From positions 3,944-67,943 of the forward strand of contig JBBRTD010000003.1 of NCBI GenBank assembly GCA_038244685.1: a DNA stretch of 64,000 bases, read 5' to 3'. Within the stretch, counting starts at the first letter, position 1, and every line of letters starts with the position of its first letter. The position numbers and the translations under genes were made by a program. The notes beneath the pieces were generated by a model. The model had not been told where the DNA came from. It worked only from the letters and a program-made list of their open reading frames with translations, and did not search any database. This DNA comes from Minisyncoccia bacterium. GTDB lineage: Bacteria; Patescibacteriota; Minisyncoccia; Phycocordibacterales; UBA9973. Shown here in pieces: positions 30,059 to 42,200 of this stretch.

Positions 30059-31051
30059 TTAATTTAATTTAATAACCTTGTAATCATCTTTTGCATTTAA
30101 TAAAAATTCCTCTATTTTTTCCCTAGAAAGAAGTCCTTTTTGGGCTCCAACTTGAGAGACAACTGACATGGAATTGATAGGACCCCAAGCCATAGCTTCT
30201 TTCAAATCTTTACCTAATATTAAAGCTCCTATCATAGCGCTAGCAAAAGCATCACCAGCACCAGTTGATTCATAAGATGAAGTAGAATATACAGGAATAA
30301 ACCAGACATTTTCTCTGTCATGCGCATAAGCTCCCTTAAGCCCGTCTGTCATAACTACATTTTTAGGTCCAAGAGAAAGGAGACCTTCCATTAATTTAAT
30401 TTTATCATCTTCATTTGTCTCTAAAATTCGCTTGGCTTCACTCAAATTACAAAAAAGTATTTCAGTATTTTCATATATACTTCTTAGAGCCTCAAATCCT
30501 AGTTTAATTTGAAAAGTTCCAGGCTGAAAAGCAAGTTTTATGTTTGGAAATTTTTTTAAATATTGTGCTATTTCATTATGATAATTTGTTGAATTTGAGG
30601 CTAGAGAAGAAAGATAAACCCATTTTGCTTCAGGGACATCGTCACCAAAAGAATAAGGGAATTCTATGTGTTTTACTAGTATAGTTCTCTCTGCTTCATA
30701 CCAAAGAACAAAATGATAATTTGATTCCATACCAGGAACAATTTTCATATGATCTACCATAACATTATCCTTCATTAGAGATTCTATGTTTTGTCTGCCT
30801 ATTGTATCATCTCCAATATAAGAGATAAGTGATGAGCAAATTCCAAGCTTACTTATACCAACGGCAACATTTGGGCTATTACCGACAGCATGACAAACTT
30901 CAGCAGATTCATAAGGAACTTTTTCGCCAAAACGAAAGCATATTTTGCAGTGTTCTCCTTGTAAATCACAATTAGCCTCAGCATCAGTAATTTTAATAAA
31001 TGGTTCAGTGGCTATATCACCTATAGCTAGAAAATCAATTTGTTTTTCCAT
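30059..31051 (-). CDS. PfkB-family carbohydrate kinase
   Basis: VGNSPNVA, IGDDTIG, NLSEA, STGAGDAFASA. Confidence 0.9.
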   Translation of the reverse strand: MEKQIDFLAIGDIATEPFIKITDAEANCDLQGEHCKICFRFGEKVPYESAEVCHAVGNSPNVAVGISKLGICSSLISYIGDDTIGRQNIESLMKDNVMVDHMKIVPGMESNYHFVLWYEAERTILVKHIEFPYSFGDDVPEAKWVYLSSLASNSTNYHNEIAQYLKKFPNIKLAFQPGTFQIKLGFEALRSIYENTEILFCNLSEAKRILETNEDDKIKLMEGLLSLGPKNVVMTDGLKGAYAHDRENVWFIPVYSTSSYESTGAGDAFASAMIGALILGKDLKEAMAWGPINSMSVVSQVGAQKGLLSREKIEEFLLNAKDDYKVIKLN

Positions 31052-31057
31052 ATTCCA

Positions 31058-31084
31058 AAATTATATCATAATATGATATAATTT
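31058..31084. promoter_or_regulatory. Back-to-back extended -10 promoters for pfkB-like and fba
   Basis: Perfect 13-bp inverted repeat. Each arm reads TGATATAAT, 6 or 8 nt before the respective ATG. Confidence 0.7.
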
Positions 31085-31088
31085 CCAT

Positions 31089-31961
31089 ATGAAAACCTTA
31101 AGAGAATATATAAAAGAAGCAGGAGAAAATAAAGTAGCTGTAGGACATTTCAATATTTCAAATATTGAAGCCCTGCATGGTATATATAATGCAGCCAAGA
31201 AATTAAATCTTCCAGTTATTATTGGAGTATCAGAAGGGGAAGAAGAATTTATAGGTAGAAGTGAAGTCGCTGTCTTGGTTAAAACCATTCGAGAAAAAGA
31301 CAATTATCCAATATTTCTAAATGCTGATCACCACTATACATTCCAATCAGTTAAAAGTGCTCTAGATGCAGGTTACGATGCGGCCATTATTGATGCTGTT
31401 AAATTACCCCTAGAAGAAAATATTGCTCTAACAAAAAAATGCGTTGAATATGCAAAAGAATTAGGCGAAAAAGAAGGAAGAGATATTTTAATAGAAGCAG
31501 AGCTTGGCTTTATCGGTCAATCTTCAAAGCTCCTTGATGCAATACCAGAAGGTATAAGTGAAGCTACAATGACAAAAGCAGTTGATGCCAAATACTTCGT
31601 AGAACAAACTGGTATAAATTTACTTGCTCCATCTGTTGGAAATATTCACGGTATGGTTAAGGGCGGCAATCCAAGATTGGATATTGAAAGAATAAAAGAA
31701 ATAAGTGAAATTTGCAAAATACCATTAGTTTTACATGGAGGATCTGGTATTGCTGATGAAGATTTTACAAATGCAATTAAAGCTGGTATATCTGTAGTTC
31801 ATATAAATACCGAAATTCGTGTTGCATATAAAGAAGCCTTAGAAAAATATTTAAAAGAATACCCAAATGAAGTTGCCCCATATAAAATATTAAAAGGAGC
31901 TGTCGATGCAGTAGAAAGTGTTGTAGAAGGTAGACTAAAACTATTTAATGGGATTAAATAA
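31089..31961 (+). CDS. fba: Class II fructose-bisphosphate aldolase
   Basis: NADHH, EAELG, GNIHG, LVLHGGSG, HINTE. Confidence 0.93.
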   Translation: MKTLREYIKEAGENKVAVGHFNISNIEALHGIYNAAKKLNLPVIIGVSEGEEEFIGRSEVAVLVKTIREKDNYPIFLNADHHYTFQSVKSALDAGYDAAIIDAVKLPLEENIALTKKCVEYAKELGEKEGRDILIEAELGFIGQSSKLLDAIPEGISEATMTKAVDAKYFVEQTGINLLAPSVGNIHGMVKGGNPRLDIERIKEISEICKIPLVLHGGSGIADEDFTNAIKAGISVVHINTEIRVAYKEALEKYLKEYPNEVAPYKILKGAVDAVESVVEGRLKLFNGIK

Positions 31962-32010
31962 AAAAAAATAAAGGACCTAAACTTTTTTAGAGTTTAGGTC
32001 CTTTGTTTTA

Positions 32011-32226
32011 TTATACAATTGTTTTTCGTCCAACTTTTAAAAAAATGGAATCGAAAAAACAATAAACAGACAAAGATAATATTCCGCCAATGAATAAGAA
32101 GCTCGGAATAGTTAGGAATAGAGAAGTAGTTCCTTCTACAAATACTATTTTAAGTAAAAATAAGTATTTTGTAATAAAAACAGTCTCGAAACCAAAAAAA
32201 ATAATCCAATAAATCTTGTCTTTCAT
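32011..32226 (-). CDS. Small hypothetical membrane protein
   Basis: 71 aa, two hydrophobic segments, A-rich leader, followed by a terminator at about 31970-32004. Confidence 0.55.
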   Translation of the reverse strand: MKDKIYWIIFFGFETVFITKYLFLLKIVFVEGTTSLFLTIPSFLFIGGILSLSVYCFFDSIFLKVGRKTIV

Positions 32227-32243
32227 TTTTTAAGATTTTTTAG

Positions 32244-32426
32244 TTAATTTTTAATCAAATCGTAAATAATCGTTTTTCGAATCTCAAAGGTTATTTTTCG
32301 AGATTTAGCCTTAAACTTATTATCAGAGATGCATCGTCTAAGCAAAATGTCCATTTTTGCATTTCGGTCATTTTTTTCAAAACATGTAATTACAAATAAC
32401 AACGAATTAAGAAAGTTTTTTTTCAT
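32244..32426 (-). CDS. Small basic hypothetical protein
   Basis: 60-aa ORF in tandem with the previous one, downstream of a consensus promoter. Confidence 0.45.
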   Translation of the reverse strand: MKKNFLNSLLFVITCFEKNDRNAKMDILLRRCISDNKFKAKSRKITFEIRKTIIYDLIKN

Positions 32427-32571
32427 AGTCTTAGTTTTAAAAAGTTATAAAAAAAATATTATTGAGTTGTCTTTATTTCTCTGTTTAATATTAAACAGGG
32501 GAACGAGGATAACCCAATAAATGATTAAAAATTAATTTTATTAAAGAACATAACTAACTTAATCTTTTTAT

Positions 32572-32600
32572 AGTATATCATAAATATTGCAAAATGTCAA
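32572..32600 (-). promoter_or_regulatory. Sigma70-type promoter for the two small ORFs
   Basis: TTGACA-17 nt (ending TGA)-TATACT on the minus strand. Confidence 0.65.
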
Positions 32601-32711
32601 TACGTACTAATACTTTATTCCATTCAAATATAACAGAATTAATGATATATTACTACTAAAATTTGCAATTATGACTTGCAAATTAAAGATTTTGATGTTA
32701 TTATCACTCTC

Positions 32712-33371
32712 ATGAATATATTAACCGCAACAAAGCGAAGTAAGACAGATAAGCTAGCTATCATACGAAATAACGGTATGGTTCCAGCTGTCGTTTATGG
32801 CGCTCAAGTGGAAAACACTCTTGTTTCCGTTTTGAGCTCAACTTTCGCTAAAACATTAAAAATTGCCGGCGAGACTAGTACAATCGTACTTGAAATAGCA
32901 GGCGCAACTGAAAAAGAAAAGCCAACAAGAGTTGACGTTTTGATTCATGAAGTGCAGGTACATCCAGTTAAAGGATATCCTTTACATATAGATTTCTTGG
33001 CTGTCGATATGAATAAGCCAGTTGAAGTTACCATTCCTCTTGAATTCGTTGGCCTTGCAAAGGCTGAGAAGGATGGACTAGGTACACTTGTTAAGGTCTT
33101 ACATGAAATTGACATAGAAGCTCTACCAAAAGATCTACCACACAATATCGAAGTTGATGTTACTGGTATCGCAACTCTTGAAGATTTAATTCACGTTAAA
33201 GATATTAAACTTCCAAAAGGAGTTACTCTTATAACTGACGAAAACGATGTTGTTGCCCTCGTAGCTGCAGCAAAAGAAGAAAAAGAAGAAGTCGTTGTTG
33301 ATTTAACTTCTATCGAAGTTGAAAAGAAAGGAAAGAAAGAAGAAACTGAAGAGGTTGCTGAAACTAAATAA
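32712..33371 (+). CDS. rplY: 50S ribosomal protein L25 (Ctc/TL5 type)
   Basis: VPAVVYG, HIDFL, DLPHNIEVDV, acidic tail. Terminator at 33388-33420. Confidence 0.94.
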   Translation: MNILTATKRSKTDKLAIIRNNGMVPAVVYGAQVENTLVSVLSSTFAKTLKIAGETSTIVLEIAGATEKEKPTRVDVLIHEVQVHPVKGYPLHIDFLAVDMNKPVEVTIPLEFVGLAKAEKDGLGTLVKVLHEIDIEALPKDLPHNIEVDVTGIATLEDLIHVKDIKLPKGVTLITDENDVVALVAAAKEEKEEVVVDLTSIEVEKKGKKEETEEVAETK

Positions 33372-33438
33372 ATATTGTTTTATACATAAAATCCCTCAGA
33401 TATATTATCTGAGGGATTTTATGTGCTATAATAGATAC

Positions 33439-34815
33439 ATGAATCGATACATTCTATACCTTTTTTCTTTTATATTTATATTTACTTCAATTTTTGGCAA
33501 TTTTATTTATGAAATACCAATTGTTTCTGCTAGTCAAGAATTAGAAAATGCTCAAGCAGACAGAGCGAGGCTTGAAAGTGAACTTGCTGCCTTAGAAAAT
33601 GAAATAGCCCAAAAACAAAAAGACCTTTCTTCTCAAAAAGGGCAGTCTGTGTCTATTTCTCGTGATATTTCAATATTAACTACCCAAATCAAGAAATCTA
33701 AGCTTGAAATTCAATCAAAAATTTTAATGATTAAAAAGCTTGGTGGAGAAATAATAGAAAAAAATAAAAAAATAGTAGTTTTAGATACAAGAATGGGCAA
33801 CATAAGAGAATCATTAGCTCAGTTAATACGCAAAAATAGAGAAATAGATAGTAAGTCTCTGCTGGCGATCATTCTTTCACAAAATTCAATTTCTGATGCA
33901 TACGGAGATATTGACGCATTCGCTTCAATAAAAAGAAGTATCAAAGTTTCAGTCGATCAAATCAATGGAGTAAAAACAGATACAGAATTAGAAAGATCCC
34001 TCTTGGAGCAGCAAAAAAATAAAGAGCTAGATACTCAAATCCAACTTGAAACAGCAAAAAAACAAGTTGAGATAAGTGAAAAAGACAAACAGCAACTTCT
34101 TTCAATAAGCAAAGACAAAGAAAAAGAATATCAAAAGCTTTTAGACGAGAAAGCAAAACGTAGAGCAGAAATTCTTTCAATGTTATTTAATCTTCGTGAT
34201 GTATCAGCTATTCCATTTGCTAAGGCTCTTGAGTATGCCAAAATAGCTGAGGAGAAGTTGGGAATTAGACCAGCATTTCTATTGGCAATATTAACGCAGG
34301 AAAGTAATTTAGGAACCGACCAAGGATCTTGTTATGTTACTAATATGGATACAGGATCAGGAATTAGTTCAAAGAGTGGAAAAGCATTTGCGAATGTTAT
34401 GAAGCCAACTCGCGATGTTAAACCATTCTTTGAGATTACATCAGCGGTTGGACGTGATCCGTATAAAACATTAGTTTCTTGCCCAATTGGTGGCTCAGGT
34501 TATGGAGGAGCAATGGGTCCCGCCCAGTTTATTCCTTCTACATGGCAATTGTTAAAAAATCGTATTGCAAGCTTACTTGGAATTAAAACCGCTGACCCTT
34601 GGTATGCAAAAGATGCATTTATGGCCTCTGCTATATACTTAACAGATTTAGGAGCAAGAGAGGATAGTCCAACTAGTGAAAGAAATGCTGCTTGTCGATA
34701 CTATTCAGGAAGAAAATGTGACACAAAAAAGCCAAATAATAGCTTTTATGGGGATAGTGTTATGTCAAAAGCTAAAAATATACAAACTAAATATATTGAC
34801 CCATTGCAAAACTAA
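33439..34815 (+). CDS. Coiled-coil lytic murein transglycosylase (SLT_2 type)
   Basis: N-terminal TM/signal, long coiled coil, AILTQESNLG, GAMGPAQFIPSTW, DPW...ASAIYL. Confidence 0.85.
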   Translation: MNRYILYLFSFIFIFTSIFGNFIYEIPIVSASQELENAQADRARLESELAALENEIAQKQKDLSSQKGQSVSISRDISILTTQIKKSKLEIQSKILMIKKLGGEIIEKNKKIVVLDTRMGNIRESLAQLIRKNREIDSKSLLAIILSQNSISDAYGDIDAFASIKRSIKVSVDQINGVKTDTELERSLLEQQKNKELDTQIQLETAKKQVEISEKDKQQLLSISKDKEKEYQKLLDEKAKRRAEILSMLFNLRDVSAIPFAKALEYAKIAEEKLGIRPAFLLAILTQESNLGTDQGSCYVTNMDTGSGISSKSGKAFANVMKPTRDVKPFFEITSAVGRDPYKTLVSCPIGGSGYGGAMGPAQFIPSTWQLLKNRIASLLGIKTADPWYAKDAFMASAIYLTDLGAREDSPTSERNAACRYYSGRKCDTKKPNNSFYGDSVMSKAKNIQTKYIDPLQN

Positions 34816-34841
34816 CAATCTCATGATAATATAGCTTAGTC

Positions 34842-35060
34842 ATGAAAAAGAATATACACCCAAAATATAACAGTGCTTCAGTTGTAACTTGTGCTTGTGG
34901 AGCGACATTTCCAGTCGGTTCATCAATGGACAAGATTAATGTTGAAATATGTAGTCAGTGCCATCCTTTCTATACTGGAAATGAAAAAGTTCTAGATACA
35001 GCAGGACGAGTTGACCGTTTCAAAAAGCGTGCAGCCGCATCTGGAAAAACAAAAAAGTAA
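34842..35060 (+). CDS. rpmE: 50S ribosomal protein L31 (zinc-binding type)
   Basis: [29 protein letters not shown]. Confidence 0.97.
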   Translation: MKKNIHPKYNSASVVTCACGATFPVGSSMDKINVEICSQCHPFYTGNEKVLDTAGRVDRFKKRAAASGKTKK

Positions 35061-35123
35061 ATTACAAAAAAGATAAAAGGCTCTAATTAGAGCTTTTTAT
35101 CTTTTTTGGTATATAATAATGAA

Positions 35124-36095
35124 ATGAATTTAGACTTAGAACAACTTAAAAAGGATCATAAAACAAGTTACTTTGCTTTCGAATACGAACGCCTCTTGAA
35201 CGAAGAAGAGAAAGTAAATGAAATGGTAACAGGGGACGAAAGTCTTCGTGATTTAGCAGAAGAAGAAATTCAAAATATTAAATTTCAAAAAGATGCTATT
35301 GAGCGTCAAATTGAAGAGATGGTTAAATCAGAAAAAGAAGATGAAGAATTTCCAAATGAAATTGTTCTTGAGGTTAGAGCTGGAGCTGGAGGAGATGAAG
35401 CTTCACTTTTCGCTTGGGAATTAGCTCACATGTATGAAAGATTTGCTGAGATAAATAGATGGCACTGGAAAGTACTAAATGAATCTACCAGTAGTGCCGA
35501 TGGATACAAAGAAGCTTCTTTCGAAATAAAAGGTAAGGATGTCTACAAACTTCTTCGTTATGAGACAGGTGTTCATCGTGTCCAACGCGTTCCTTCGACA
35601 GAAAAAAATGGCAGAATTCATACTTCGACAGCTTCAGTTGCTATTTTGCCGATTCGTACAAAAGTAAAAATTGAAATAAACCCAAGCGATTTAGAAATAG
35701 AATATTCACGTAGTGGGGGTGCGGGAGGGCAAAATGTTAACAAAGTTGAAACAGCAGTTAGACTAATACATAAGCCAACAGGTATAGATGTCCGATGTAC
35801 AACAGAGAGAAATCAGCTTGGAAATAGAGAGAAGGCTTTTATGATTCTATCATCGAAATTACAAATGATGGAAGATGAAAGAGAAGCAAGTAAATACTCT
35901 GAAAATCGCAAAAATCAGATAGGCACGGCGGACCGAAGTGAAAAAATACGTACATATAATTTTCCTCAAGATAGAGTAACAGACCACCGCATTAAACAAT
36001 CTTGGTCAAATATTCCAGGCATTATGGAGGGTAATATAACTAAAATAATAGAAGCAGTTTCTTTGGGGGAAATGGGAAATGATGAAGAAGAATAA
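35124..36095 (+). CDS. prfA: Peptide chain release factor 1
   Basis: [17 protein letters not shown] (PxT specificity loop), [11 protein letters not shown]. Confidence 0.95.
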   Translation: MNLDLEQLKKDHKTSYFAFEYERLLNEEEKVNEMVTGDESLRDLAEEEIQNIKFQKDAIERQIEEMVKSEKEDEEFPNEIVLEVRAGAGGDEASLFAWELAHMYERFAEINRWHWKVLNESTSSADGYKEASFEIKGKDVYKLLRYETGVHRVQRVPSTEKNGRIHTSTASVAILPIRTKVKIEINPSDLEIEYSRSGGAGGQNVNKVETAVRLIHKPTGIDVRCTTERNQLGNREKAFMILSSKLQMMEDEREASKYSENRKNQIGTADRSEKIRTYNFPQDRVTDHRIKQSWSNIPGIMEGNITKIIEAVSLGEMGNDEEE

Positions 36096-36209
36096 TATTT
36101 TTGTAAAAATTTAATTTAGTAGTATAATGTTGGTACTTATATATTTTTTCTTGCAAACTTGTCCTTTGTCATAAAAAATAAATATATTAATATTAAATAT
36201 AAATTCATA

Positions 36210-39200
36210 ATGCAAATGAAAATAGTTCCCGTATGTATTTCTTCCGTAACAGATAAGATCTTCAGTAAAAATGTCTTATCAAAAATAACAACTATTTTTG
36301 TTTTAAGTTTAATATTAATCACATCTCTCTTTGCTATTTTCCCAAACCAAGCTCAAGCTGTTTGGACAGAAAGAACGACAGCTGGCTCTAGAAATTGGCT
36401 GTCTATCGCATCATCAGCAGATTGAACTAAACTTGCGGCAGTTGCAAAACCTGGATATATATATACATCTACTAATAGTGGAGTATCTTGGACAGAAAGG
36501 ACAACAGCTGGCTCAAAAAATTGGCAATCAATTGCTATGTCCTCTGACGGAACTAAATTAGTTGCTGCGGTTTTTGGTGGCGATATTTATACCTCGACAG
36601 ATAGTGGAGCGACCTGGACAGATAGAACTGGTGCCGGTTTAAGAAATTGGTATTCCGTTTCTTCTTCATCAGATGGAACTATATTAATGGCAGCTAATGA
36701 TGATGGATGGTGGGCTTCATATATTTACACATCAGAAGATAGTGGTGCCACTTGGACACAGCAAACTGGGACGGGTGCTAATCATTTTTGGAGAGCTACA
36801 GCAATATCAGCAGATGGATCCAAAATGGTAGCTGTTGCAAATAATGATAATATTTACATATCAAATAATACAGGGTCAACTTGGATAAAAACTGACTCAA
36901 GTCTTATAACTTGGACATCAGTTACTATGTCTTCTGATGGAACTAAACTAGCTGCAGTTGCTGGTGCTCCGTATCAATATGGTAATCCTAGTTACTATGT
37001 CTATACATCTATTGATGGTGGAACAACTTGGCTAGAACAGACTGGATCTACAAAAACATCATCTAGATTTTCTATTGCTTCTTCTGCTGATGGAACTAAA
37101 TTAGCTACTGCTGATTATGGTATTTATTCGTCGGGTGATTATATAAACAAATCTAACGATAGTGGAACTACTTGGTCAACACAAACAACTGCAGGACAAA
37201 GATTATGGAAATCTATTGCTACATCTGCCGATGGATCAAAATTAGCTGCTGTTGCTTATGGTGGATATATTTATACTTACACACCTACCTTAACTTCAAC
37301 AATAACAACAGACGTTAATTCATCTCTAACTCAAACATCTACTATACTAAATGGAACTATTACAAATATTGGAGAAGAAAATCCAAGTATTAGAGGTTTC
37401 GAGTATGGATTAACTACAGGATACGGAACAACCACAGTAGATAATGGTTCCTTTGGTGTTGGTTCTTTCAGTAAAGATATTACATCGCTATCTTGTGGAA
37501 CTTTGTATCATTTCCGTGCTTATGCGACTAATAGTGGAGGTAAGGCAATAGGAGGTGATCAAACTTTTACAACAAATCCATGTACTTACCCATTACTAAG
37601 TACTAATTCTGCTTCTTCTATATCTTTAACAGGAGCTACTTTAAATGGAAATATTTCAAATATTGGACAAGATAATTCTACAGTTAGAGGATTTCAATAT
37701 GGATTAACAATAAGTTACGGAACAACGACAACAGAGAATGGATCTTTTGCTACAGGAGCTTTTACTTCTGATATTGTTGGTCTAAATTGTGGAAATACTT
37801 ACCACTTCCGTTCATATGCCACTAACTCAATAGGTACTGGTTATGGAGATGATTTAACTTTCGCAGCAAGTAATTGTTCATCTGCCGGTTGGGTTCAGAG
37901 AACAAGTGCTGGGATAAATCCTTGGATGTCAGTTACTACATCAGCAGACGGAACCAAATTAGCTGCGACTTCAAATAATAATGGTAATGGATATATTTAT
38001 ACTTCAACAGATAGTGGTGTCACTTGGACACAAAGAACAGGTGCAGGTTTTAAATTTTGGACATCAATTGCTTCATCTGCAGATGGAACTAAACTAGCTG
38101 CTGCTGTTTACAATGATTATATTTATACATCAACAGATAGTGGGGCCACTTGGACACAGCAAACTGCTCCAGGAATTAAAAATTGGATGAAAATTATTTC
38201 ATCAGCAGATGGAATGATTCTAGGTGCGTGGAATACAAGTGACGGAAGATTTAGTACATCAATAAATGGTGGAGTTGCATGGACAATACAATACGGGGCA
38301 AGTTCAGTTGGAATAGGAGCAAACGTAACAATGACTCCTACTGGAGATAAAATGGCAGGATCTTATGATGGTAATATTTCTTATATTTCTACTTCAAGTA
38401 ATTCTGGTGTTACCTGGACAAAACAATTAAATTCCGACGAACGTAGTTGGAGTGGAATAACAATTTCTTCTAATGGAACTAAAATTGCAGTAACTTCAGG
38501 TGGAATGTCCAATCTTGGTTATATTTTTACATCGACAGACAGTGGAGTAACCTGGACACAGAGAACAAGCGCGGGGAATTTAAAATGGATGGATATTGCT
38601 TCATCCTCTGATGGAAATACATTGATTGCAACAACATTTAATGGTTACATGTATTTATCTAGAGATTCTGGAAATACTTGGATAGAACAAACATCTACAG
38701 GCATAAAATACTGGAAGGATATTTATTCTTCATCAGATGGAAGTAAATTTATAACAATTGGATGTGATACAAATTGCTATATTTACACTTACGAACAAGC
38801 CCACCTTTCAACATTAGATACAAACCCTGCAACCTCCATTCTTTCAAACGCAGCTACTTTAAATGGTTATATTTCTAATACAGGAGGAGAAGTTTCAAGT
38901 GTGAGAGGATTTGAATATGGTATAGATACAAGTTATGGAAAAAATACAATTGAAAATGGATCATTTGGAATTGGTGCGTTTACAAAAAATGTTTCAGCTT
39001 TAATTTGTGAGACCACATACCATTACCGTTCATATACCACAAATGGTGGCGGAAATTCATATGGGGCAGATCAAACATTTACTACTGGTACATGTTCTGG
39101 TATTCCCGTTATGTTAACAAGCGCCGCTTCAAATATATCTCCAACCTCAGTTACCTTAAATGGTGATATTACTGATATCGGATTAAGTAGTCCTACAATA

Positions 39201-42200
39201 AGAGGGTTTGAATATGGACTAACAACAAACTATAGTGCATCAAACATAGGTAATGGTACATTTGGAGTTGGTGCATTTTCAAAAAATGTCTCAGCTTTAA
39301 TTTGTGGTTCTACTTATCACTATCGTTCATTTGCTACAAATACCACAGGAACAGGTTATGGACAAGACTTAACATTCAATACAAGTCCTTGTATTTATCC
39401 TTCACTATCTACCAATACTGCAACATTAGTGACTTCTATTTCTGCTACTTTAAATGGATCTATTTCAAATACAGGAGGAGTAAATCCTACAGTTAGAGGT
39501 TTCGAATATGGAACAACAATAAGTTATGGAACAACTGTAAACGAAAGTGGTACATTTGGAATTGGATCATATACTAAAAATACTACAGGACTTACTTGTG
39601 CAACTCTATACCACTATCGTGCTTATGCAACGAATAGTAACGGAACAGGGTCGGGGAATGATCAAACATTTACCACAGGAACATGTTCTGGAATTTCAAC
39701 ATTAACAACAGAATCAGCAAATTTAATTTCATTAAACTCTGCAACTCTAAATGGAACCATTACAAATACAAGCGGTGAGAATCCAACAGTTCGCGGTTTT
39801 GAATATGGAACAACCATAAGTTACGGAACATCAACAATTGAAAGTGGTTCATTTGGAATTGGAGCTTATATAAAAAACGTTAATACTTTAACTTGTGGAA
39901 CTCTATACCACTATCGTTCATATGCCACAAATAGTGGAGGAAGCGGTTATGGTAACGATCAGACATTTACCACAGGAACTTGCTCTGGTATTTCAACGTT
40001 AACAACAGAAGCAGTATCTACTCTTACTTCAACTTCTGCTACATTAAATGGAACTGTCACTAATACAAATGGTGCTAATCCTACAATTCGAGGTTTCGAA
40101 TATGGAACAACAATAAGTTATGGAACAACTGTAAATGAAAGTGGAACATTTGGAATTAGTAGTTACTCAAAAGATATTTCTTCTCTAACTTGTGCAACCC
40201 TATACCACTTCCGTTCATATGCCACAAATAGCGTTGGAACAGGTTATGGTAATGATCAAACATTTACCACAAACAGTTGTACATACCCTGACTTAACAAC
40301 TACATATGCAACATCAATTGTTAAAACTGCAGCCACACTAAATGGATCTATTTCAAATACAGGAGGAGTAAATCCTACAATTAGAGGATTCGAATATGGG
40401 TTAGATACTAGTTATGGAACTCAAGTAAACGAAAGTGGTTCATTTGGAATTGGATCATACTCTAAAAATATTTCTTCTTTAACCTGTGGAACTCTATACC
40501 ACTATCGTTCATATGCCACAAATGCCAATGGTACAGGAAATGGTAATGATCAAACATTTACTACTGGTACTTGTTCTGGAACAATAGGATGGACGGCTCA
40601 ATATAATATAGGAGCAAAAACGTGGTGGGCAATTGCCTCTTCCACTGATGGAACAAAATTAGCAGCAACAGCCATAAGTGATTATATTTATACTTCTACA
40701 GATGGTGGTTTAAACTGGACGGCACAAATAAATTCAGGAATAAATGGTTGGTATTCAATAGCATCATCTTCTGATGGTAATAAATTAGTTGCAATTGGCT
40801 CTGACTTCAGTGGTTGGGGATATATTTATACATCAACAGACAGCGGAGTGACCTGGACAAAAAGAGTGAGCGCTGGTAATCGTACATGGGGTACTGTGGT
40901 CTCATCTTCAGATGGAACTAAACTAGCAGCAGCTGTTAATAATAGCGATGTATATACTTCTACAGATAGCGGAGCCACATGGACAGAAAGAACAGGAACA
41001 GGTTCACACTACTGGGGAACTGTTGCCATGACTTCATCTGCCGATGGAATGAAATTAGCAATAGTTTATTACAACGGTTTAATTCAAACATCAGTAGACG
41101 GTGGAGCAACTTGGACAGCCCAAGCAAATTCTGGAATGCTTGGATGGTCAACTATAGTTTCATCTGCTGATGGAAATAAATTAGCTGCAGCAACTTCCAA
41201 TAGCTATATTTATACATCTATTGACAGTGGAGTAAATTGGACCGCTCAAACTAATTCAGGAGCAACTCACTACTTTAGAAATATGTTTTCATCTCCAGAT
41301 GGTTCAATATTATTTGCCTTAGATAATAGTTCTACAAATAGCTATATTTATAAATCCATAGACAGCGGAGTGACTTGGACAACTGATGCTATTGCTGGGT
41401 CTAAAAGATGGCAAACATTATCCTCATCCTCAGATGGATCTAAATTAGCAGTTGCAAATTCGAGTGATTATTATATTTATACATATGGAGATATAAATAT
41501 GCCTAAGCCGACAGTAGATACAGCTGTTATTACAGGAGTAAGTACGGTAACACTTAATGGATTTGTTGATACAGATAACACAACTCGAGGATTCCAATAT
41601 GGACTAACAACAAGTTATGGAAATACAACAACAGAAAATGGAACATTTAATTATGGACCAATGACTGCAAATATTTCAGGAATTACGCCTGATGTTACTT
41701 ACCATTTCCGTTCGTATGCGACAAATTTATCTGGAACTGCGTATAGTGAAGACAATATATTTGTTCTTAAATACCAAAACTGGACACCAAATACTATTGT
41801 TGGCTCTCGTTATTGGAGTGCAGTAGCTTCATCATCTGATGGAAATAAATTAGTTGCAGTGGTTCAAGGTGGATATATTTATACATCAACTGATGGCGGA
41901 ACAACTTGGACAGAAAGAAATGGCGCAGGTTCCAGACAGTGGAAAGCAGTTGCCTCATCAGCTGATGGAACAAAACTTGTAGTGGCCAATGGAAGCAATG
42001 GCTTTATATATACATCGACAGATAGCGGAGTTAATTGGACACTAAGAACTTCTTCAGGATTATACTGGTGGATGTCACTTACATCATCATCTGATGGAAC
42101 AAAATTAGCCGCGACGACAGGGAATGGTACGGGATATATTTTCACATCAGCAGATAGTGGAGCAACTTGGGTACAACGTTCAGTTTCCGGTTCCCATAGT

